Shown: positions 28,725 to 36,898 of the stretch, piece by piece
How the letters are laid out: each line of letters opens with the position of its first letter
Numbering within the stretch: the stretch's first letter is position 1
Virus record (IMG/VR): IMGVR_UViG_3300014205_000002
Span: 96,001-160,000 of that record
Length of the DNA stretch: 64,000 nt
Origin: a virus
Taxonomy: Duplodnaviria > Caudoviricetes
Reading direction: 5' to 3' (one strand)
Made by a program: the position numbers and the translations under genes
The notes under the pieces: generated by a model
Seen by the model: only the letters and a program-made list of their open reading frames with translations
What the model was told of the DNA's origin: nothing
The model's database searches: none

Positions 28725-29483
28725 ATGGCCGACTGGCTCATAACGATCCCCCAGCAGATCACCTGGGAAGCCTACCAGCGGGAGCTCGACGTCGTCAAGA
28801 AAGAGCACTGCGTCACCTTCCTGAACTACAAGGTGCCCTTCATCCCCCGCGAGTTTCGCCGCGGCGATCGCTGCTTCGTGGTCTGGCGCGGCCAGGTGCG
28901 CGGCTGGATGATCTGCTGGGACAGCTTCAAGGCCGACAAGCCCTGGGCCTGCGAGACCAGCGGAACCTGGTGGGGGGCAGGAAGCTACATCCAGCGCTAC
29001 GGCGAGTTCTACGCTCTGAAAGACGGCGAGGCGATCAAGGGCTTCCAGGGCATCCGCCGTTACCGGCTGCCGCGTGAGCGGGCGGCCTATGCGGCAGCCA
29101 GTCGAGCGATGGACGCCGGGAAAGGTATCGGCCGCTGGCAGGAGTGCCTGACGCCCGAGGAGATCGAGTTTTTGCGGGTGACGCCTGGCTTCCGCGTCAT
29201 GTGGTCTCGATCTTACCATACCCACCTCGGCATCGACTTTGACTTCCACGAGGGGAGCTGGCAGCGGAAACCCGGCCAGCTCCTCTGCGGGGCACAGGTC
29301 AAACAGCCGTTTTTCGAGCGAGATCCTGGCATGTGGTCGGTGTGCTGCGATAACTGCGTAGAGACGGCGCTCGCCCTGGATCTACCAGGCAAACACCCCG
29401 ACGCCCTGAGCGGGATCGGGTTCTACCTGTCGACCAAGCTCGCGCGTCGCATGCGGGCGCAGAAGGAGGGAGCATGTCCGTGA
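28725..29483 (+). CDS. hypothetical protein, N-terminal PUA/EVE/ASCH-like domain
   Basis: GGGAGG RBS; GDRCFVVWRGQVRG and KGFQGIR pattern; fold call tentative. Confidence 0.55.
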   Translation: MADWLITIPQQITWEAYQRELDVVKKEHCVTFLNYKVPFIPREFRRGDRCFVVWRGQVRGWMICWDSFKADKPWACETSGTWWGAGSYIQRYGEFYALKDGEAIKGFQGIRRYRLPRERAAYAAASRAMDAGKGIGRWQECLTPEEIEFLRVTPGFRVMWSRSYHTHLGIDFDFHEGSWQRKPGQLLCGAQVKQPFFERDPGMWSVCCDNCVETALALDLPGKHPDALSGIGFYLSTKLARRMRAQKEGACP

Positions 29484-30346
29484 CGGCACCACCCAGGCCC
29501 AAACGCACCACCAAAGACCTCAAGACCCGCTCGTGCGTACGAAGCTGGCAAGGCGCGCACGAGCTATACGAGGAAGAAGAGGGGAAATTCTTCCACACCA
29601 AGGAGTACATTTTCGGCGATCTGCCCGCCGCATCCCGGACCAAGGCCACCGAGGAATTCAACCAGCACCATGAGACCTGGGATGACCATGACACCGAGTA
29701 CCTGGTCGACTGGTTCAAGGAGCGTGCGGCCGAAGCTGGCTACGATGACGCAGACCTCGGCTACAGCGTCGGGTTCTGCCAGGGCGACCACGTCAACTTC
29801 CGCGGCTGCTCGGCCGACCACAAGAAGCTCGCCGCACGCCTGCTGCCCTTCCAAGCCCAGCATGCCGAGGCGCTCGTCAGCTGGCACGGCGAGGATCTCT
29901 GGGAGATGATCGAGCTGGAGTTCGATTATTCGTCGCGCGGCGGAGATCCCCGCGTCAGCGGCAGCGGCATCCAGGAGCGGGTACTCGTGGGCGCGCGTCT
30001 CAGCTACCTGACCGACGGTCACGACGCCGTAGAGACCAAGGCCCTGATCATCCCCGCGCCAGACGAGCTGGAGGAGGGGCTCCTGGAGGGCGACGAGATC
30101 GATCGCTACGAGACCGACATGGGTCGTCTCGTACGCTACGCCGGCGTTCAGGTCGGCGATTACTGCGGGGCCTTTGCTGAGGATCTGGCCGATGCGATCG
30201 AGGCGGACATGCGGGATCTGGCCCATGACTTCTACCGCGAATTCAGCGACGCGATCCTGGAAGCGGGATCCGAGCGGGCGATCGCGGAGCGGCTCGCAGA
30301 CGACGACTTCCTCACGTTCCGGCGCGACGGCACGCTGATCAGGTAG
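29474..30346 (+). CDS. acidic hypothetical protein
   Basis: AAGGAGG RBS; YSVGFCQGDHVNF. Confidence 0.8.
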   Translation: MSVTAPPRPKRTTKDLKTRSCVRSWQGAHELYEEEEGKFFHTKEYIFGDLPAASRTKATEEFNQHHETWDDHDTEYLVDWFKERAAEAGYDDADLGYSVGFCQGDHVNFRGCSADHKKLAARLLPFQAQHAEALVSWHGEDLWEMIELEFDYSSRGGDPRVSGSGIQERVLVGARLSYLTDGHDAVETKALIIPAPDELEEGLLEGDEIDRYETDMGRLVRYAGVQVGDYCGAFAEDLADAIEADMRDLAHDFYREFSDAILEAGSERAIAERLADDDFLTFRRDGTLIR

Positions 30347-30397
30347 CTTGATGCCCTGGGGCGGGGCGGTGTATGGTCATGGACGGAGGCTCCGCTT

Positions 30398-30976
30398 ATG
30401 CACCCCCTTCCCCACCTGGCCTTTTACGGGCCTCCGGGGGCCGGCAAGTCCGCCATCGCGAATGCGCTGGTGAGCGAGTTCGGCTACCGGCGTTTCTCTC
30501 TGCGCGGTATGACGATGGAACTCTCGCGACTCATGGTCGACCGCAAGCTCGATCGCGGCCGCGACTTTGAGATGATCCGCCGGCTGCGCCAGGCGATGTG
30601 CGACCCCTACTTCGGGGGTAGCCCGACATTCTGGATCGAGCGCCTCGACGATCGAATCGCCGAGGCCGACTGGATGCGCCCCGTGGTGATCGATGATGTC
30701 GAGACCGTCGCCGAGGCCGAGTGGCTCAAACACCATGAGGGCGTACTGGTCGTACGGGTCGACACCGACATCGAAGAGTGCATGCGGCGGGTGCGGGGCT
30801 GGGCGAACGGCATCATGCAAGCCAGTTGGTTTGCCGTCGAGGACTATGCGGCGATCGCCCCCGACGACCAGATACCTGGGGTCGGCGACATCCACACGAA
30901 CATCCGCGGGCTGATCGCCAACAATCGACAAACGGCCGGATTCCAGGAGCTGGTTTTGGAGGAACGGATCGCATGA
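30398..30976 (+). CDS. deoxynucleoside monophosphate kinase-like P-loop protein
   Basis: GPPGAGKS; FW...VVIDDV...EAEWLK...VVRV. Confidence 0.75.
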   Translation: MHPLPHLAFYGPPGAGKSAIANALVSEFGYRRFSLRGMTMELSRLMVDRKLDRGRDFEMIRRLRQAMCDPYFGGSPTFWIERLDDRIAEADWMRPVVIDDVETVAEAEWLKHHEGVLVVRVDTDIEECMRRVRGWANGIMQASWFAVEDYAAIAPDDQIPGVGDIHTNIRGLIANNRQTAGFQELVLEERIA

Positions 30977-31485
30977 TTAAACGAACGAGCGGCATGATCG
31001 ATCCGCGCTTCGTCAAGAAGGCGCTGGCCGACATCCATTATGAGGCTGTACTCGGCCCCGTCGAGAAGACACTGCTCTCGCCGGCCCTCTCACAGGGCCG
31101 CTACCACCTTCACCAGCACCAGGCCGTCGACGACTGGGCTTTCTACTCGGGGCACCTGAACTTCGGCGCGGAGATGCCGATCCTCGCAACCGCAGGCCCC
31201 GTCCAGCCTGCGGACAAGAGTCAGGATCCCCTGATCATTCTCGATATCTTCATGAGCGAGGTCGTCTGCAAGGGCACAGGCCCGCGGGACGGGGTGGTCA
31301 TCGAGCTGCCCGACGCAACCAGAACGCGCTACGAGATGCTCCGGCAGCCCCTGGAGGACGGCCGCCATCTCTGGTGGATCCAGCGGGTCGAGACCGAACA
31401 GGAACTCGAACGCAGGAAATTCTTTCAGTATGTGTTCAGGCACACAGATCCCAGCGGCGATCCACCCATCGCCGGGTTAATTTAA
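30973..31485 (+). CDS. hypothetical protein
   Basis: GGAGG RBS; ATGA overlap. Confidence 0.75.
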   Translation: MIKRTSGMIDPRFVKKALADIHYEAVLGPVEKTLLSPALSQGRYHLHQHQAVDDWAFYSGHLNFGAEMPILATAGPVQPADKSQDPLIILDIFMSEVVCKGTGPRDGVVIELPDATRTRYEMLRQPLEDGRHLWWIQRVETEQELERRKFFQYVFRHTDPSGDPPIAGLI

Positions 31486-31490
31486 ATTTA

Positions 31491-31730
31491 ACATGATGGT
31501 TGGCGGCCAGGATCCAATAGGCCTGGAGGGCCATGTCCGAACACATGTTCGCCATGCCAACCGTTGTCAGTCTTCGCAGCCATGGGTTATTGTGGATCAG
31601 GCTTATTGGTCCTACCAACGCCTCCAGATCGGAAGATCCGCAGGTAGAGCCGATCCACAAACCCGGCACCCCGGCAGGGTCCGGGTCTTGGCCGCATCGG
31701 TAGGGCCCAGAAGGAGATCTCGGATGCACG
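31491..31730 (+). ncRNA. candidate pseudoknotted structured RNA
   Basis: Stems 31493-504/31556-567 (3 G-U), 31590-598/31652-660, GATC-GGAA-GATC tetraloop, loop-loop pairing CCAATA31514/TATTGG31604. Confidence 0.55.
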
Positions 31731-31748
31731 ACTAGCACCCAAAACGAC

Positions 31749-31783
31749 CAAAAAGAAAGAGATCGGCTGGCCGGCCGATCTCC
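31749..31783 (-). terminator. Rho-independent terminator on the - strand
   Basis: GAGATCGGC-N6-GCCGATCTC hairpin followed on the - strand by TTTCTTTTT. Confidence 0.8.
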
Positions 31784-31821
31784 CTCAAGTCTGTCTCGCG
31801 CCCACGCTCGACCTCACAAGG
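31749..31821 (-). ncRNA. predicted ~70-nt counter-transcribed small RNA upstream of the initiator
   Basis: Bounded by a - strand sigma70-like promoter and a - strand terminator; no ORF. Confidence 0.6.
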
Positions 31822-31826
31822 ACCCG

Positions 31827-31855
31827 ATCGTATCACGCGAGGCAGGCTCCGTCAA
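31827..31855 (-). promoter_or_regulatory. sigma70-like promoter TTGACG-N17-TACGAT with extended -10 TG
   Basis: + strand CGTCAA 31850-855, ATCGTA 31827-832, 17-nt spacer. Confidence 0.7.
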
Positions 31856-32040
31856 CGTGCAAATGCGCATGTTAGGAAGGACGCTCTCGTGACGATCGTG
31901 CCATCTGTGGGGGCCCCGAGGGGCGGCCCCTCTGTCTGGTCGGAGCAATCCGGCTGCCGCGAGGATCGCGCATGATCCGCCCGAGCAGCTCCGGATCACC
32001 CAGCGGCGAGATCGTCGAGTACAAGCCAAGGGAAACCAGG

Positions 32041-33033
32041 ATGGCGTGGCGGTTCAAGGCGGTCAAAAGAGACGTCTTTGAGGCGCTCTGCGATCCGCGA
32101 TTCAACCTGTCTAACCAGGAGTACCTGATCGTCCTCAACGTCTACCGATCCCAGCGGGAGGTCACGTTGGAGAACGGACGGACGGATCTGGGCGCGGGCG
32201 TCTCCGCCTACGCCATCGCCAAGCTCGTCAAGCGCGACTACAGCAACGTGAAGCTGGCGATCATCAGCCTGGTGGAGCGCGGCATCCTCATGCGCGACGG
32301 CGACACACTTCGCGTCAACGCGGAGTGCGATCAATGGCGCGCCGGCGAGACGGGTTCGAAAAAGCGTTCAGGCGGAAAACCAAAGCCCCCCATGGGGGTT
32401 TCTGGTACCCCTATGGGGGTTTCCGAGACCCCCCTTAAACAGGGGTTCACTGAACCCCCAGGGGGTTTGAGGAACCCCCAAAACAGGGGTGCGACAAACC
32501 CCTATGTGGGGGTTTCCCACACCCCTGTCGGCGACGGGAATCCAGCGCCAGACGAGGAACACAGCCCCCCTATAGATCATGAGATTAGAACCATGAGATC
32601 CATAAATAAAGAGAATACTGATCTCTCTGAGGAGGTTTCGGGCGAGGGTTGTCCGCCGGATACGCGAGAGGCGGCAGTCAATGACGCCGTGGCGGCCTTC
32701 GCCGCCGGCGGCTACCAGATCGCGGGCGTGGCGACGTTGGCCTTCCGGGGTCAGGTCGAGAAGCTGCTCGCCAAGAATGTGACTGACTACGGCGACCCTG
32801 AGTACCTGCGCCGCTTCGTTATCCCGGCGATCGAGGGGATCCCTGGCAACTACCGCGCGGCGTACCCGGACTGGATCGACCAGCTCCACTTTTGCCTGTC
32901 CAAGAGCCGCGGAGCCGGATTCTACGTCGACATCTGGACCAAGAAGAAGCCAGGAATGTCTGCGGTTAGCGAGTTCGACGGTTTTGAGGGCTCTCGGGTC
33001 GTCGACCTGGCAGCTCTGATGGATGCCGACTGA
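32041..33033 (+). CDS. phage replication initiator (lambda O-like wHTH)
   Basis: N-terminal wHTH (LSNQEYLIVL...VSAYAIAKLVKRDYSNVKLAIISLVERGIL), internal iterons, followed by a DnaC-like gene. Confidence 0.8.
   Translation: MAWRFKAVKRDVFEALCDPRFNLSNQEYLIVLNVYRSQREVTLENGRTDLGAGVSAYAIAKLVKRDYSNVKLAIISLVERGILMRDGDTLRVNAECDQWRAGETGSKKRSGGKPKPPMGVSGTPMGVSETPLKQGFTEPPGGLRNPQNRGATNPYVGVSHTPVGDGNPAPDEEHSPPIDHEIRTMRSINKENTDLSEEVSGEGCPPDTREAAVNDAVAAFAAGGYQIAGVATLAFRGQVEKLLAKNVTDYGDPEYLRRFVIPAIEGIPGNYRAAYPDWIDQLHFCLSKSRGAGFYVDIWTKKKPGMSAVSEFDGFEGSRVVDLAALMDAD
32395..32525. repeat. six iterons GGGGT-N7-ACCCC (putative origin)
   Basis: Units start at 32395, 32416, 32442, 32462, 32486, 32509; AT-rich tract follows at about 32571-32625. 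Confidence 0.85.
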
Positions 33034-33914
33034 TGGACGAAGCCGATCTTCCCCGAACAGCCCGTTCAATGGGGCATTCAAGCGATCTTTTGAAGCTCGG
33101 GAAGCTAATCCCGGCGCTCCAGTCCAGAGGAGAGATCCCCGGCCAGGATCCGCGAGCCTGGCGCTACCACGCCTTCAAGGCATTGATGGACGCCTGTAAG
33201 GCCGGTTGCGAGTCTTGTGGGCCCAGGCTCGACGGATGGCTCGTGCTGGAGAGCCGGGATCGGATGCCCTGTGAGCGCAAGTCTATCCAGTGCCCCGTTG
33301 GTCGTCGGGACTACGTGCGAAACTGCCACAAGTTCCTGGAGACGCTGGGCTTCGGCGGGGATCAGGCGATGGCGTGCTTCCTGCGCGAGAACGCCGACGC
33401 CGACGGCTACGTGCTGGGGGATCCGCTCACGCACTTCGGCTTCGTGCTCGACGAGTGCTCGGGGCCAGCCAAGACCTACGCCTTTGAGGACTTCACGAAG
33501 AAGCGCAACCTGATCCTGGCTGGCTCGACGGGTCCTGGTAAGACCTACTCGGCGCTCGCGGTGATGGCCCACTTGAAGGTTGAGCTGGGTATTGAGAACC
33601 AGATGTTCGTGAAGGCCGAGCAGCTGCTCGACGATTACATGACCGACAAAATGCGCGAGACGTTCGGGCAGGCGATGCGCACACGCTTCTTGGTGCTCGA
33701 CGATCTCGGCACGGAGTTGCCGAGCCCGCGAAACGAAAAGAACCTGTACTCGCTGATCGACGCGAGGTTGAGCGCGAACCTGCCGACGCTCGCCACGCTC
33801 AACATGTCCGCCGTTGACTTCGTGAAGCGCTACACGGACAAGCGGCTCCAGGATCGCTTCAAGCTCTACAAGTTCGTTGAGACGTCCCTGAAAAGCAAGA
33901 GGCGGGCACGGTGA
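33033..33914 (+). CDS. DnaC/IstB-like helicase-loader ATPase
   Basis: LAGSTGPGKT, LVLDDLGTE, LIDAR...PTLATLN, RLQDR; N-terminal Cys. Confidence 0.88.
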   Translation: MDEADLPRTARSMGHSSDLLKLGKLIPALQSRGEIPGQDPRAWRYHAFKALMDACKAGCESCGPRLDGWLVLESRDRMPCERKSIQCPVGRRDYVRNCHKFLETLGFGGDQAMACFLRENADADGYVLGDPLTHFGFVLDECSGPAKTYAFEDFTKKRNLILAGSTGPGKTYSALAVMAHLKVELGIENQMFVKAEQLLDDYMTDKMRETFGQAMRTRFLVLDDLGTELPSPRNEKNLYSLIDARLSANLPTLATLNMSAVDFVKRYTDKRLQDRFKLYKFVETSLKSKRRAR

Positions 33915-34627
33915 CGCTTGCTCTGACGGTTGCGTTGTCTGTCGCGATCGTCTATGGGATGATGCTGCGGTTGCTCGCAGTGTCCGACGGTCTGAGCCGG
34001 ACGACACCGAGACCCATATCGCGAGTCAGCGCGGATCCAAGAGGCACCCCAGTGGGATTGCATATCACGGCGATCGTCGGCCCGATGTTCAGCGCGAAGA
34101 CGACCACGCTGGCGCGCATCATCAGCGCCTGTGGCGACCCGTCGAGGGCGGTATTCAAGCACCGGAAGGATGGTCGGACCAGTGGGTCGCTGAGCAGCCA
34201 TGACGCGACCCTCAGTGATACCATCCAGGCGACACCGATCCGCAGCCTGCATGAGGTGGCGGAGTACGTCGACGCCCAGCGCACGCAGTGGGTCTACATC
34301 GACGAAATTCAATGGTTCGAGCGGGACGACGCGGCCTCGGCGATCGCGCGCATGGCCTGCTATGCCAGACCTCGCAACCTGGTGGTCGCGGGGCTCGATC
34401 TCGACTTCCGCGGCGAGGAGTTTCCGACCACCCGCCTGTTCATGCAGCGCGCGAACGATCGCATCTGCCTGCTGGCGGTGTGCGCATGCTGCGGGGCTCC
34501 CGCGCCCATGAGCTACCTGCGCGCGGTGGTCACGGGCACAGAGGGCCCCGTGGGGGGAGCCGACCAGTACGAGCCGCGCTGCGTGGAGTGCCATGCCGCC
34601 GGAGTCACCCAGAAGGAAAATTCATGA
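33911..34627 (+). CDS. tdk: thymidine kinase (alternative start GTG 34052)
   Basis: GPMFSAKTT, IDEIQWF, VAGLDLDFRGEEF, CxxC...VGGADQYEPRCVECH. Confidence 0.93.
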   Translation: MTLALTVALSVAIVYGMMLRLLAVSDGLSRTTPRPISRVSADPRGTPVGLHITAIVGPMFSAKTTTLARIISACGDPSRAVFKHRKDGRTSGSLSSHDATLSDTIQATPIRSLHEVAEYVDAQRTQWVYIDEIQWFERDDAASAIARMACYARPRNLVVAGLDLDFRGEEFPTTRLFMQRANDRICLLAVCACCGAPAPMSYLRAVVTGTEGPVGGADQYEPRCVECHAAGVTQKENS

Positions 34628-35169
34628 TCACGATCGACCAAGACGCCGTACGCCGGGCGGTGAGGCAGCTGCTCGGTACGCCCGAGGAGCCGGGTCCGAC
34701 CTCGGCGGCGGAGCTGGTGGAAGCCACCGGCGGCACCATTGCCGACATCGAGGCGGGTCTACTAGGCGCACCTTTCCGGGCGGAGTTAGTGGGTGGCCTG
34801 ATCGGCGCGCTCGGCAGCTCGCCGACAGCGTTCGTGCGGGCGGCCGACGGCTACGCGATCCTGCCAGACGCGACCATCGATCGGTTCGGCGAGTCCCAGG
34901 CACAGCTGAGCGAGGCGCGCGCGGCGAACGCGCAGCTGATGTCCGAAGTGGGTAAGCACGTCTTGGAGGCCGAGGCGCAAGCACGCGAGATCGCCGCCCT
35001 CCAGACGCAGCTCAAGCTAGAGCAGGCCCAGCGCGCGGCCTACGAGAGCCAAAACCGCCTCCTGGAAGGCTTCATCAAGGAGGATCAGAAGCTCAAGGCG
35101 GAATGGCTGGAACGCAGCGAGGCGCGTGCGCGGGCCCCCTGGTACCAGCGCATCTGGTGGGCACTCTGA
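34624..35169 (+). CDS. HTH-like plus coiled-coil protein with amphipathic Trp-rich tail
   Basis: AAGGA RBS; coiled coil; C-terminal RAPWYQRIWWAL. Confidence 0.75.
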   Translation: MITIDQDAVRRAVRQLLGTPEEPGPTSAAELVEATGGTIADIEAGLLGAPFRAELVGGLIGALGSSPTAFVRAADGYAILPDATIDRFGESQAQLSEARAANAQLMSEVGKHVLEAEAQAREIAALQTQLKLEQAQRAAYESQNRLLEGFIKEDQKLKAEWLERSEARARAPWYQRIWWAL

Positions 35170-35306
35170 TGCGGGACTGCCAGACCTGCCCGAGGCGGGC
35201 GTGTTGCGATCTTCTGGTGTGCCTGATCGACACACGGATGCCGCCCCCGCGCTATGAGCCGACCGTATTGGTCGGACCAACAGGCACTACTCCCGTTTCG
35301 GCGTAA
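35169..35306 (+). CDS. small Cys-rich peptide
   Basis: TGATG overlap; CQTCPRRACC. Confidence 0.45.
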   Translation: MRDCQTCPRRACCDLLVCLIDTRMPPPRYEPTVLVGPTGTTPVSA

Positions 35307-35325
35307 GCCTCACGGCGACTCACAC

Positions 35326-35354
35326 AGGGGGCCCATGTGGCCCCCTTTTCGTTT
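35326..35354 (+). terminator. Rho-independent terminator
   Basis: AGGGGGCC-catgt-GGCCCCCT followed by TTTCGTTT. Confidence 0.75.
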
Positions 35355-35381
35355 GACCCCCAGGCGCAGGGCTGGTACAAC
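35353..35381 (+). promoter_or_regulatory. sigma70-like promoter TTGACC-N17-TACAAC with extended -10 TG
   Basis: TTGACC 35353-358, TG 35373-374, TACAAC 35376-381. Confidence 0.6.
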
Positions 35382-35387
35382 CGAAGC

Positions 35388-35655
35388 GTGGGGTTCCAAG
35401 ACTAAAGGAGCCCCGTGGGGCTCCTTCGATCCGGTGGCGCTCTGAACCCTGGTACCTGGGTGGAGCACCCCCCAAAAGGAGGCTCCTCCTAGAATTCCAG
35501 TCTCACATGGAGGCTGGTGGAGCCGGCCCTTGGCTCGCAGCGAGGACGATTCCCTGGACATTCCCAACCGCTTGACCGGAGTCCTGCGGTCGTTCCTGTC
35601 GCCGGGTGACCGGGCTCGGGAGCGAGGTTGCCTTGCGGCAAGGTCAGTATAGCAG
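35388..35655 (+). ncRNA. candidate structured leader or ncRNA
   Basis: Chain of hairpins (AAGGAGCCC/GGGCTCCTT, GGGTTC/GAACCC, CCAGTCTC/GAGGCTGG, GAGCC/GGCTC, CCTTG/CAAGG); no convincing ORF. Confidence 0.4.
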
Positions 35656-35667
35656 AGGAGGATTACG

Positions 35668-36432
35668 ATGTCGTCAGCCACGACAAGCCAGGATCCCCAG
35701 CCGGAGCTGGGGACGAAGATCTGTACGAAGTGCAACACGCCGAAGTCGGTCGACTCGTTCAACTTCCGCAACAAAAAGAAGCGACTGCGCCAGAGTTGGT
35801 GCCGGATCTGTCAGCACAGCTCCAAGGGGTTGGTTCCGATCCATCCCAGCGATCACCAGATCCAGGACCAGTTTGCGCGGTTCGGCGATATCCAGATGCC
35901 GTCACCCAGCGATCTGATCGCCACACTAGCGGCCAATGCCGCCGAACAGGTAGCCGGCCCAGGGCCGCGTGTAGCGCCGCAGCCGGCAGTCGTTCATGCC
36001 GCTCCGCCGGCGGCCGTCATCACAGCGCCTGAGCCGTCCGAATCAAGCGAACCGCCGGTAATGGAGCGCGAGAGCGCGCTGCTGATGCTCGCGGACAAGC
36101 TCGTTGCGGCAACGGAGCGCGCCGCCCGGGCGGAGGCCCAGCTGGATGCCGCATTCAAACAGGTCGAGGTCTACCGCGCTCAGCTGGCGAGTGCCCAAAG
36201 AGCGGCAGAACTTGAGGCTCGCATCGTGAAGCTCGGTGAAGACGTGGGAACCTGGCAGCAGCTGGCCGAGGGTCATGATCTCGACATGCAGAAGCTGCGC
36301 GACGAGAATGTCCGACTCCAGAAAGAACTCACCGAGGCGAAGAAGCCCCCAACCCAGGTGGCGATCGTGCGTACGTACAGCGACGAGGAAAAGAGGCGGC
36401 TCGGCCCTCTCGGCGTCCCGGTCGGGAGTTGA
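35668..36432 (+). CDS. Zn-ribbon plus coiled-coil protein
   Basis: GAGGAGG RBS; KICTKC..K...F...SWCRIC; long heptad region. Confidence 0.8.
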   Translation: MSSATTSQDPQPELGTKICTKCNTPKSVDSFNFRNKKKRLRQSWCRICQHSSKGLVPIHPSDHQIQDQFARFGDIQMPSPSDLIATLAANAAEQVAGPGPRVAPQPAVVHAAPPAAVITAPEPSESSEPPVMERESALLMLADKLVAATERAARAEAQLDAAFKQVEVYRAQLASAQRAAELEARIVKLGEDVGTWQQLAEGHDLDMQKLRDENVRLQKELTEAKKPPTQVAIVRTYSDEEKRRLGPLGVPVGS

Positions 36433-36508
36433 CGCGCCGAACCCGACCGGGTCTGTCCTCACGGCCATTGTCCCCAAAAACGACGCTCTGGCGGAGTTCT
36501 TCATCCAC

Positions 36509-36898
36509 ATGGAGAAGGCCAAGACGGAGAACAAGCATGCGCGCACCTACACCAAGCTGATCCGGGCTGAGGTGGTCGGAAAGCTCGACCATAGCGCGCT
36601 CGATCCGAAGGCCGTGGCGCACTGGCGGCGCGCGTTCGACCTGGTGGTTGAGCATGTCCGCGACAGCACCTACGTGCGCCGCATGTTCTGGAAGCTCGTG
36701 TCGATCATGGAGAGTCCAGACACGATGGGCCAGCCCTATGGGGCCGGCAGCTACGGTTTTGACACGGGCACCCGCAAGGTGGTCGTCGGCAAGATGCGCG
36801 TGATCTTCCTGTACCGCGCAGGCGATCTCGACTTCAAGCACATCGACTTCCACGACGAGGCATACGAGCAGGCCGACAAGGCCAGAGGGGCAAAGTGA
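36509..36898 (+). CDS. RelE/ParE-like protein (start uncertain)
   Basis: P..G......GTRKVVVGKMRVIF...IDFHDEAY resembles the RelE C-terminal sheet. Confidence 0.55.
   Translation: MEKAKTENKHARTYTKLIRAEVVGKLDHSALDPKAVAHWRRAFDLVVEHVRDSTYVRRMFWKLVSIMESPDTMGQPYGAGSYGFDTGTRKVVVGKMRVIFLYRAGDLDFKHIDFHDEAYEQADKARGAK

Noticed and set aside
31655-31690. RNase P-like fragments (ACAAACCCGGC, GTCCGGG)
   Set aside because: Wrong order, and no GAGGAAAGTCC / P4 pairing
31493-31735. 80-aa + strand ORF in the track
   Set aside because: No SD and atypical codons; it coincides with extensive base-paired structure, so an RNA element explains it better
32395-32525. Regular repeats as a CRISPR array
   Set aside because: 17-bp palindromes separated by 3-9 nt inside a coding gene with no cas genes; fits iterons
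33033-33914. IS21 IstB transposition helper
   Set aside because: No IstA transposase or terminal repeats; coupled to an iteron-containing initiator, so a helicase loader
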